Shown here one piece after another: positions 56,764-64,000 of a DNA stretch of 64,000 bases. This DNA comes from Desulfarculus sp. GTDB lineage: Bacteria; Desulfobacterota; Desulfarculia; Desulfarculales; Desulfarculaceae. The DNA lies in NCBI GenBank assembly GCA_016218705.1, contig JACRDC010000049.1:21660-85659 (forward strand), in the 5' to 3' direction. The first letter of the stretch is position 1. Every line of letters starts with the position of its first letter. The notes under the pieces are model-generated. The model was not told where the DNA came from and made no database searches. It saw nothing but the letters and a program-made list of their open reading frames with translations. The translations under genes were made by a program, and so were the position numbers.

Positions 56764-57758
56764 ATGCGCATCGGCATCATGCTGCGCCATCTGGATGAAA
56801 AGGGCGGCATCGTCACCTACACCTAGAACTTGCTGAAAAGCTTCCTGCGCCTGGCGCCCCAGCACCATTTCGCCCTGTTCTACGCATCAAACTACCTCCT
56901 GTGCCCTTACCACGCACCCAATGTCAGCGAGCACCTGCTGCCAGCCCGGGGCAAGTTCGCCTGGGACCAGTGGGCCGTGCTCCGCCTGGCTGCGGCCCTG
57001 GACCTGGATTTGATCTTCAACCCCTAGCTCAGCGTGCCCCTGTACTGCCGGGCGGCGGCGCGCATCCTGGCCCCTGCCGCCCAGGCGGCCCAGGACATCG
57101 CGCGCTTCGTGGGCTCCGGTCCCCGCAAAACCGTGTGGGTGCACGAGGGCTGCGGTGACCATTTCTTCGCGCCCGGCCCCAGGCCGGAAATCCTGGCCGA
57201 GGTGCGCCAGCGCTACAACCTGCCGGAGCGCTAGGTGCTCTTCGTGGGCGGCATCACCCTCTTGAAAAACTTCGAGCGCTTGATGGAAGCATTTGCCAGG
57301 GTGCATGAGCGTCAGGCCATCCCCCTGGTGGTGGTGGGCTTCAACCGCTGGCGCTTTGAGAACGACCTGGCCTTCGCCAAGTCCCACCGGGCCTCGGCGC
57401 ACATCCTGTTCCCCAGCTTCGTGGCCGACGAGGCTATGCCCCAGGTGTACCGAATGGCGAGCTGCCTGTTTTTCCCCAGCATATACGAAGGTTTCGGCAT
57501 ACCGGTCCCCGAGGCCTTCGCCACGGGCTGCCCGGTGGTCACCACCAATCGCGGCTGCACCTCCGAGGTGGCCGGCGGCGCCGCCCACCTGGTGGATCCC
57601 TTTGACGTGGAAGACATGGCCCAGGGCCTGGAACTGGTGCTCTCCGACCAAGCCTATTGCCAGGAGCTCATCGCCCGTGGCCGGGCACGCCCCCCCACTT
57701 CCGCTTCGACCGCTGCGCCCGTCAACCCCTGGATATATTCGAGCAAATACTTCACTAA
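56764..57758 (+). pseudogene. Family-1 (GT4-type) glycosyltransferase pseudogene: three in-frame TAG codons plus a frameshift in a C7 tract
   Basis: One frame reads MRIGIMLRHLDEKGGIVTYT*NLL...FNP*LSVP...LPER*VLFVGG...FFPSIYEGFGIPVPEAFATGCPVV. TAGs lie at 56824, 57025 and 57232. After C7 57690-96 the -1 frame gives HFRFDRCARQPLDIFEQILH, stop at 57756-58. Confidence 0.8.
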
Positions 57759-57883
57759 GCTTCCTAACCGCCGCGGCCCACGGGCCTCGCTGGCTGCCCC
57801 CTGGGGAATCAGCCGGGAGCCCTTACGACAATGTCAAACATATCAAGGCACTAATTATATGCTCCCCCCGGGGGGAGTTATGG

Positions 57884-57912
57884 TTGACAGCCCTGACCGG
57901 GGGCGATATATT
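57884..57912 (+). promoter_or_regulatory. Sigma70-type promoter of mnmA (TTGACA-17 bp-TATATT)
   Basis: TTGACA 57884-89 and TATATT 57907-12, read directly. About 30 nt upstream of ATG 57942. Confidence 0.5.
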
Positions 57913-57941
57913 TGATTCTCCTTAATCGCCATTATATTTGT

Positions 57942-59018
57942 ATGGAATGGCGAGGGAGAGTATCGGGCTTGGCAAGGATCGCGGTGGCCCTGAGCGGCGG
58001 CGTGGACTCGGCAATGGCCGCCTGGCTCCTGGGCCGCCAGGGTCATGAGGTGGTGGGCCTGAGCTTAAGTCTGGGCCAGGGCCGTGACGAGGCGCCTGGG
58101 GCCGGCGGGGCGGTGGCCCGGCAAATGGGTCTGGAGCACCAAGTGGTGCCGGCCCAGCGGGAGTTCGCGGACCTGGTGGTGCGCCCCAGCCTGGAGGCCT
58201 ACGCCAGGGGCACCACCCCCAACCCCTGCGCCCGCTGCAACGCCCGGGTCAAGTTTCCGCTCCTGTGGCGGGCGGCCCAGGACCTGGGTTGCGGGGCCCT
58301 GGCCACCGGGCACTACGCGCGCCTGGTGGAGGACACCACCGGCCGCCGGCTGGCCGAGGCCAGCCACCGGGGCAAGAGCCAGGCCTATTTTCTGGCCCGC
58401 CTGGACCAGGAGATGCTGGGCCGGTTGGTTTTTCCCCTGGGCGAGTTGAGCAAGCCCCAGGTGCGGGACATGGCCCGCCAGGCCGGCCTGGAGGCGGCCC
58501 AGCGCCCCGAGAGCCAGGACGCCTGCTTTTTGCCGCCTGGCGGTTGGGACGAGTTGATGGCCGCCCACGGCCTGGTCAGGCCGGGCACGGTGGAGGACCA
58601 GGCGGGCAGGGTGCTAGCCACCCACGGGGGCCTGCACCGCTTCACCATCGGTCAGCGCCGGGGCCTGGGGGTGGCCTTGGGCCAGCCGGCCTATGTGCTA
58701 GCCCTGGACGGGCCGCGCGCGGCGGTGCGGGTGGGACCGGCCCCGGGTCTTTTCTGCCAGGGCCTGTGGGGCGCCGCGCCCCGCTGGTTCGCCCCGCCCC
58801 CCCAGGGCGACGGCCTGACGGTGCGGATGCGCTACGCCCACCAGGGGGTGGGCTGCCGGGTTGGCGAGGAAGGCGAAAGGCTCCGGGTGGACTTCCTGGA
58901 GCCCCAGAGGGCCGTGGCTCCCGGACAACTGGCGGTGTTTTTCCACCGCGGCGAGGTCTGGGGCTCGGCCTGGATAACCGAGGCCATACACTTAAAAAAC
59001 AACGGGATAACTTCATGA
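57942..59018 (+). CDS. mnmA: tRNA 2-thiouridine(34) synthase
   Basis: PP-loop VALSGGVDS, NPCARCN, and ALATGHYAR. ATG 57942 lies within ORF 57912..59018. Confidence 0.9.
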   Translation: MEWRGRVSGLARIAVALSGGVDSAMAAWLLGRQGHEVVGLSLSLGQGRDEAPGAGGAVARQMGLEHQVVPAQREFADLVVRPSLEAYARGTTPNPCARCNARVKFPLLWRAAQDLGCGALATGHYARLVEDTTGRRLAEASHRGKSQAYFLARLDQEMLGRLVFPLGELSKPQVRDMARQAGLEAAQRPESQDACFLPPGGWDELMAAHGLVRPGTVEDQAGRVLATHGGLHRFTIGQRRGLGVALGQPAYVLALDGPRAAVRVGPAPGLFCQGLWGAAPRWFAPPPQGDGLTVRMRYAHQGVGCRVGEEGERLRVDFLEPQRAVAPGQLAVFFHRGEVWGSAWITEAIHLKNNGITS

Positions 59019-59473
59019 AGCTTTCCACCAGAGGACGATACGGCGTGCGGGCCATGCTGGAACTGGCCCTTAACAACGGCAAAGGCCCGGTGCCCCTGCG
59101 CGACCTGGCCCTGCGTCAGGAAATATCAGCCAAGTACCTTGAGCAACTTCTCATCCCCTTGAAGGGCGCTGGCCTGGTCAAGAGCGTGCGCGGGGCGCGC
59201 GGGGGCTACCAGTTGGCCCTGGAGCCGGCCAAGATTTCCCTCTACGACATCGTGCGCAGCCTGGAAGGCCCCTTGGCCCCCGTGGAGTGCGTGCAGGACG
59301 CCAACTACTGCGAGCGCGTGGGCGGCTGCACCGTGCACCTGGTCTGGGGCGAGATGGGCCGTCTGTTGGTGGACTACCTAAGCAGCATGACCCTGGCCGA
59401 CATGGTGGCCAGGCAGCACGAAAAAGACCGAATGTGCCAGCCCTCCTCCCCGGGCCTGGCCGTGGCCCAGTAG
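59015..59473 (+). CDS. Rrf2 family transcriptional regulator (IscR-like, three Cys)
   Basis: MKLSTRGRYGVRAMLELA and ISAKYLEQLLIPLKGAGLVKSVRGARGGY. Cys cluster CVQDANYCERVGGC. ATGA overlap with mnmA. Confidence 0.88.
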   Translation: MKLSTRGRYGVRAMLELALNNGKGPVPLRDLALRQEISAKYLEQLLIPLKGAGLVKSVRGARGGYQLALEPAKISLYDIVRSLEGPLAPVECVQDANYCERVGGCTVHLVWGEMGRLLVDYLSSMTLADMVARQHEKDRMCQPSSPGLAVAQ

Positions 59474-59576
59474 CACCCCCACAACCAGATAGCCTTTTGT
59501 AGGAATAGTCCCGCCGGCGGCCACCCACGGGCGGCCCGGCGGCGGGACTCACCGCCGCTGGCAGGGAGAGTGGACA

Positions 59577-60752
59577 ATGCTAAGGACCATTGACGAGATC
59601 AATGCCAAAATAAAGACCGGCAAAGTAGTAGTGTATACCGCCGAGGAGGTGGTCGGCCTGGTCAAGGAAAAGGGCGTGGCCCAGGCAGCCCGCGAGGTGG
59701 ACGTGGTCACCACCGGCACCTTCGGCCCCATGTGCTCCTCCGGCGCCTACTTCAACATCAAGCAGTCCACCCCCAAGATCAAATGCGGCGGCGGGCGGGT
59801 GTCCTTGGGCGGCGTGCCGGTCTACGCCGGCTGGGCGGCGGCCGATCTCTACCTGGGTTGCACCGCTTTACCCGACGAGGACCCGCGCAACGCCGTGTAC
59901 CCTGGCCTGTTCAAGTACGGCGGGGCCCATGTCATCGAGGACCTGGTCAGCGGCCGCAAGGTCAAGCTGACGGCCCAGGCCTATGGCACCGACTGCTACC
60001 CCCGCAAGGAGTATGTCACCGAACTGGGCCTGGCGGACTTCAACAGCGCGGTGATGTTCAACCCCCGCAACGGCTACCAGCTCTACAACGTGGCAGTCAA
60101 CCTGGGCGAGCGCACCATCTACACCTACATGGGCGTGCTGCGCCCCCGCCTGGGCAACGCCAACTACTCCACGGCCGGGTCCTTGAGCCCCCTGCTCAAG
60201 GACCCCCAGTTGCGCACCGTGGGCCTGGGCAGCCGCATCTTCATGGGCGGCGCCGAGGGCTACGTGGTCTGGCCGGGCACCCAGCACGTGCCCGAGCCCC
60301 AGCGCGACGCCAACGGCCTGCCCCTGACCCCCTCGGCCACCCTGGCCCTCATGGGCGACCTGAAGCAGATGAGCCCGCGCTTTTTGCGCGCCGCCTCCTT
60401 CACCGGCTACGGCGCCACCCTCTCGGTGGGCTTTGGGCTGCCCATCCCGGTGCTGGACGAGCAGGTCATGGCCCAGGCGGCCATCGGCGACGAGGAGATC
60501 ACCTATCCCATCATTGACTACTGCGAGGCCTACCCCCTGGGCCGGCCGGGCAGTCTGGGACGGGTCTCCATGGCCGAGCTGATGAGCGGGCAGATCGAGG
60601 TGGAGGGCAAGAAGGTGCCCACCGGCGGCCTGGCCAGCCGGGCGCGCGCCCGCGAGGTGGCGGGCGAGCTGAAAGAGCGCATCGCCCAGGGGCGCTTCTT
60701 CCTCACCCGGCCGGTGGCGCCCCTGCCCGGGGCCCAACTAATCGAGGGCTGA
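59577..60752 (+). CDS. COG1900/DUF39 homocysteine biosynthesis protein (methanogen-type, MA1821-like)
   Basis: 391 aa. TIDEINAKIKTGKVVVYTAEE...VDVVTTGTFGPMCSSGAYFN is typical of the family as I recall it. Followed by a NIL-ferredoxin partner. Confidence 0.8.
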   Translation: MLRTIDEINAKIKTGKVVVYTAEEVVGLVKEKGVAQAAREVDVVTTGTFGPMCSSGAYFNIKQSTPKIKCGGGRVSLGGVPVYAGWAAADLYLGCTALPDEDPRNAVYPGLFKYGGAHVIEDLVSGRKVKLTAQAYGTDCYPRKEYVTELGLADFNSAVMFNPRNGYQLYNVAVNLGERTIYTYMGVLRPRLGNANYSTAGSLSPLLKDPQLRTVGLGSRIFMGGAEGYVVWPGTQHVPEPQRDANGLPLTPSATLALMGDLKQMSPRFLRAASFTGYGATLSVGFGLPIPVLDEQVMAQAAIGDEEITYPIIDYCEAYPLGRPGSLGRVSMAELMSGQIEVEGKKVPTGGLASRARAREVAGELKERIAQGRFFLTRPVAPLPGAQLIEG

Positions 60753-60833
60753 CAAGCCGGCCGCGAACGCTATCGCCAACGCGCCCGCTGGCCCACCAAG
60801 GCCACCGGGCGGCAAACCTACGAGGTCACGACC

Positions 60834-61241
60834 ATGGTCAAGAAGAAACTGGTCATCAGCTTCCCCCCCCGGCTCATCCAGGAGCCGGTCACCTATCACC
60901 TGATCCGCGACTATGACCTGCAGGTCAACATCCTGCGGGCCACCGTGCGCCCCCGCGAGCGCGGCCGCATGGTGGTGGAGATCAAGGGCGAGAAGAAGAA
61001 CCTGGACCGGGCCTTTGAGTACATGGAGAGCGTGGGCCTGCAGGTGGACCCGTTGGTGCAGGAGATGCGCTACTACCCCGAGCGTTGCGTGCACTGCACG
61101 GCCTGCACCGCGGTCTGCCCCACCGAGGCGCTCACCGTGGACCCGGCCAGCCGCGAGCTGGTCTTCGATGCCAGCCACTGCATCATCTGCGAGTCCTGCA
61201 TCCCGGCCTGCTCCTACGCGGCCATAGAAAGCCAGTTCTAG
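60834..61241 (+). CDS. NIL domain + 2x[4Fe-4S] ferredoxin protein (MA1822-like partner)
   Basis: 135 aa. The N-terminal ~75 aa are NIL-like. CVHCTACTAVCP and CIICESCIPAC motifs. Confidence 0.8.
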   Translation: MVKKKLVISFPPRLIQEPVTYHLIRDYDLQVNILRATVRPRERGRMVVEIKGEKKNLDRAFEYMESVGLQVDPLVQEMRYYPERCVHCTACTAVCPTEALTVDPASRELVFDASHCIICESCIPACSYAAIESQF

Positions 61242-61244
61242 CCA

Positions 61245-61271
61245 CCCCAAAAAAGCCGCGCTTTTTTGGGG
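61245..61271 (+). terminator. 12-bp perfect hairpin CCCCAAAAAAGC/GCTTTTTTGGGG (bidirectional terminator-like)
   Basis: Read directly, 4 nt after the stop of the NIL-ferredoxin gene. Confidence 0.7.
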
Positions 61272-61338
61272 ACCCCGGAAGAGAATCCCAAGCAACACTG
61301 TTTGCTTGGGGACCCACAAAATCACGCATAGGTCCGGC

Positions 61339-61380
61339 CAACCGGCCTGCAAAGCCAAAAATGGCTTTGCAGGCCGGTTG
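61339..61380. other. 18-bp perfect hairpin with AAAAAT loop
   Basis: CAACCGGCCTGCAAAGCC (61339-56) pairs with GGCTTTGCAGGCCGGTTG (61363-80). Confidence 0.8.
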
Positions 61381-61471
61381 CCATAAGCGCGCTCCAGCGC
61401 ATCCCACCTTGACAGAAGAGCCCCCCGCCCCGTAGCCTTAGCCAGCCACCGAAGGTAAGCCGGGAGCGTCC

Positions 61472-64000
61472 TTGAAGATATCGGCCCACATCCTGCCCCG
61501 CCGGGTGATCCTGGCCCTGATCCTGCTGCTGGGTTGGGGCCTGCGCCTGTGGGGCCTGGCCTGGGGGCCGGACCAGAGCGGCGCGGGCCACCCCGACGAG
61601 TGGACCTGGCAGGTCATCGAGGGGCTGTCTTGGAGCCAGCCCACCTACCAGGGCATCTGGACCCAGGCCTTCTTCAGCCTGGCGGCCTTGGTGCGCGGCG
61701 CAATCTCCACCCTGGCCGGCTGGCTGGGGGTGTGGCTGGGAGAGGTGCGCACCAGCACCGAGCTGGCCATCTCGGCACGCCTGGCCGGCCGGCTCACGGC
61801 GGCGCTCCTGGGCGGGGCCCAGGTGTGGGTGGCCTACCTGGTGGGCCGGCGCTTCTTCGACAGCGTGGCCACGGGGCTGTTGGCCGCGGCGGTGCTGGCG
61901 GTCAGCCCCCTCTTGGTGGCCCAGGGCCATTACCTGTCCCTGGACGTGCCGCTGGGCCTGGCGGTGATGTTCTGCCTATGGACCGCCTGGAAGATGGTGG
62001 ATTCCCCCGGCCCCCGCGTCCTGTGCCTGGCTGGCCTGGCCCTGGGGCTCACGCTCACCACCAAGGCCAGCGGGGTGCTGGTGCTGCCGGTTTTCGTGGG
62101 CGCCTACGCCCTGGTGCTGCGGCGGCAGGAGCCGGGGCTCAGGCGGGCGGCCTTGTATTGGCCGGCGGCCTGGTTGGGCGGCCTGGGGCTGGGTCTGGTG
62201 TTGGGCTACCCCGGCTTTCTGGTGCGCCTGCCCGAGGTGGGCGACGTGCTCAGCGCCTCCTTCAGCGCCCCCAGCGCCCCCGGCGGCGACTGGTGGGCCT
62301 ACCTGGCCGGCCGCTGGTCGGCGGCCCAGGGGGTGCTGGGCCGGGCCGTGGGGTTGGAGTTGTTGCTGTTGTGGTTGGTGGCCGCCGGTCTGATGATCTG
62401 GCGGCGCCAATGGCCGCGCCTGCTCTTGATGATCTTCCCGCCCCTGTACCTGCTGGCCGGGCTGACCGTGCTCAAGGGGCCGGTGGAGGGCCAGCAGGCG
62501 GTGTGGCTGCCGGTGGCTGCCCTGGCCGCCTGCTGGCCCCTGGTGGTGGCCTGCCGCCGGCTGCCCGGCCGCTGGTGGCCGGTGGCCGGCGTGAGCCTCT
62601 TGGGCTGCCTGTTGTGCCTGACGCCGCTGTGGCGCTCCCTGGGGGTGGGCTATATTTTCTGGCAGCAGGACACCTTCGGCGCCGCCCGCTTCTGGCTCCA
62701 GGCCAACCTGCCGCCCGGTGCCCAGGTCCTGGCCGGCCCGCGTGGGCCGCTGAATCTCTTTCCAGGCGCCCAGCCCCTGCCCGCCAAGCCGGCCAAGCTG
62801 CCGCCCGACTGGGGCCGCCAGGAGCCGGCCTACCTGGTGCTCTACTCCCTGGGTCCCGACGGCGACCCCAGCGCTGCGGACCCGGCTTGGCGGGACTTTG
62901 CCCAGCGTTTCGAATTGCTCAAACGCTTTGATCTGCGCGCCGGCTGGGGGCCGGGCATCGGCTCGGAGGGCCCCAGCTTCCCCCGCTGGGTCAGCCCGGC
63001 GGTGGAGGTCTATGCCAGCCGCCCGCCCTCGCCCATACCCCAGCCCTTGGCCCTATGGCGGCCGGTGGTGGGGCAGGAGCGTTCCTACGCCCTGCTGCCC
63101 GCCGATCTGCCGGCCTACAGCCGGGCCGAGAACGTCATGTGGCTCAAGCCGGGGGGCCTGGGCCAGCGGGTGCTGCGCAGCCAGGCGCCCCTGGGCGAAA
63201 TGGGGCTGACCCTGGACAACCAGGGCCAGGACCTGGCCGTGGTGGAGGTGCGTCAGGGGCTTTTCTCCCGCCGGCAATTGAGCATCTACCCCGGCCAGGA
63301 GCTGGACCTGCCCCTGGAGCCCCTGCCCTGGCCCTTCATGGCCAACGGCTTCTACCCGGTGCGGGTGGCGCTGCGCCGGGGCGGCGACTTGCTGGCCCGC
63401 CTGGACTGGGACCCCCTGCTGCTGGGCCGGCGGGCCTTGGAGGCTGGGCACCATGCCCGGGCCGCGGCGCTCTTGCAGCGGGCCGTGGCCGAGCAGGGCG
63501 GGGGGTTCGACGCCCTGGCGCTGCTGGCCGGGGCCCAGGCCCGCCTGGGGCTGTGGGAAGAGGCCGGCCGCAGCCTGGCGGCGCTCTCCGGCCCCGATGG
63601 CCAGCCGGCCCGCGCCTACCAGGCCCTGGCCGCCCGCGAGCAGTCAACCCACGCCGCCGACTGGCTGGCGCGCTTTGGCCAGTTCACCGGCTACCACGGC
63701 CAGTTGCTGCGCCAGGCCACCTCGCGCTCCTACGCGGTGCAGGGGCCGTTGTGCCAGTCCGAGGGCCAGGAGGTGCCGCTTTCCGGCGAGGGCTATCACG
63801 GAAGCTTTCTGCGCCGGCCGGGTAAACCAGGCGGACACCTCAAGCTCTGGCTGGATAACCCCATGCCCGCCGGTCAGTTCCAAGCCGACCTGAAGCTTAC
63901 CGCCAGGGGAGCTCCGGCTGGCGCGGCCCTGGCCCTGGCCGAAATTTGGGCGCACGACTACAACGGCAGCCGCCAGTTGGCCAGCCGCCGCCTGACCAGC
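61472..64000 (+). CDS. Large polytopic membrane protein, GT-C (ArnT/PMT-like glycosyltransferase) candidate with C-terminal TPR-like region; 3' end outside the window
   Basis: Absent from the supplied track because it has no stop in the window. I translated it by hand: TTG 61472 (GGGAG SD, upstream in-frame TAG 61439-41), then 843 open codons to position 64000. The N-terminal ~400 aa hold many Leu/Trp-rich TM helices. Confidence 0.65.
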   Translation, partial: MKISAHILPRRVILALILLLGWGLRLWGLAWGPDQSGAGHPDEWTWQVIEGLSWSQPTYQGIWTQAFFSLAALVRGAISTLAGWLGVWLGEVRTSTELAISARLAGRLTAALLGGAQVWVAYLVGRRFFDSVATGLLAAAVLAVSPLLVAQGHYLSLDVPLGLAVMFCLWTAWKMVDSPGPRVLCLAGLALGLTLTTKASGVLVLPVFVGAYALVLRRQEPGLRRAALYWPAAWLGGLGLGLVLGYPGFLVRLPEVGDVLSASFSAPSAPGGDWWAYLAGRWSAAQGVLGRAVGLELLLLWLVAAGLMIWRRQWPRLLLMIFPPLYLLAGLTVLKGPVEGQQAVWLPVAALAACWPLVVACRRLPGRWWPVAGVSLLGCLLCLTPLWRSLGVGYIFWQQDTFGAARFWLQANLPPGAQVLAGPRGPLNLFPGAQPLPAKPAKLPPDWGRQEPAYLVLYSLGPDGDPSAADPAWRDFAQRFELLKRFDLRAGWGPGIGSEGPSFPRWVSPAVEVYASRPPSPIPQPLALWRPVVGQERSYALLPADLPAYSRAENVMWLKPGGLGQRVLRSQAPLGEMGLTLDNQGQDLAVVEVRQGLFSRRQLSIYPGQELDLPLEPLPWPFMANGFYPVRVALRRGGDLLARLDWDPLLLGRRALEAGHHARAAALLQRAVAEQGGGFDALALLAGAQARLGLWEEAGRSLAALSGPDGQPARAYQALAAREQSTHAADWLARFGQFTGYHGQLLRQATSRSYAVQGPLCQSEGQEVPLSGEGYHGSFLRRPGKPGGHLKLWLDNPMPAGQFQADLKLTARGAPAGAALALAEIWAHDYNGSRQLASRRLTS

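Noticed and set aside
56824-57234. Programmed amber read-through or pyrrolysine coding for the three in-frame TAG codons of the glycosyltransferase gene.
   Set aside because: TAG is the ordinary stop of many well-supported genes in this window (dsrA, dsrB, dsrD, lysC, abfD, the OXA-like gene). The same gene also carries a frameshift, and no pyl genes are visible. A pseudogene is the simpler reading.
61534-62931. 465-aa plus-strand ORF listed in the track.
   Set aside because: Its composition is Gly/Arg/Pro-dominated and featureless. A different frame over the same DNA gives a coherent polytopic membrane protein that stays open for 843 codons.

Overview
This is a GC-rich bacterial chromosomal segment (about two-thirds G+C by eye, not computed). 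Its gene content is typical of a sulfate/sulfite-reducing Desulfobacterota-type organism.

Gene order, left to right:
(1) 1-9.5 kb: a catabolic cluster. It holds an aldehyde:ferredoxin oxidoreductase fragment, a Liv-type ABC importer, an SDR, an acyl-CoA ligase, a small CGGC-motif protein and 4-hydroxybutyryl-CoA dehydratase.
(2) 9.7-12.8 kb: an MBL hydrolase, YjbQ, a TPR protein, a SYLF protein and a small unknown protein divergent from dsrA.
(3) 12.8-18.3 kb: the dissimilatory sulfite reductase locus, behind a consensus sigma70 promoter. Its order is unusual: dsrA-dsrB-[class D beta-lactamase-like gene]-dsrN-dsrD.
(4) 18.3-25.4 kb: a tightly coupled, co-directional membrane redox cluster. 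It runs TPR, DsrM/NarI-like, DsrK/HdrD-like, a frame-split dihaem cytochrome c, split cytochrome b6/subunit-IV-like genes, a monohaem cytochrome c, an Ala-rich lipoprotein and a 7-Cys+Asp ferredoxin. No Rieske or DsrJOP genes are visible. I consider this the most interesting candidate system in the window.
(5) Tetrahaem cytochrome c3 on the minus strand.
(6) Housekeeping genes: mazG, cvpA, a second yjbQ, phoH-pgpH-ybeY, pdxJ, acpS, nnr, tsaE, lysC and cimA.
(7) An AT-richer islet with a Sel1-repeat protein and a transposase remnant.
(8) tsaC, recN, an orphan TupA-like binding protein, a lipoprotein, acyP, ligA and an ASKHA/DUF1786-like gene.
(9) ffh-rpsP-KH-rimM-trmD-rplS-rnhB-yraN-rsmI(in frame with ptsH)-ptsI-smpB.
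(10) A glycosyltransferase pseudogene, then mnmA, an Rrf2 regulator and the COG1900 + NIL-ferredoxin homocysteine-synthesis pair.
(11) A long membrane-protein ORF that runs off the right edge and is missing from the supplied ORF track.

I saw no rRNA, tRNA or CRISPR array. Many long ORFs in the track, on antisense strands or in alternative frames, are GC-driven shadow ORFs and are not reported.

All family assignments come from motif recognition by eye. No database search was run.
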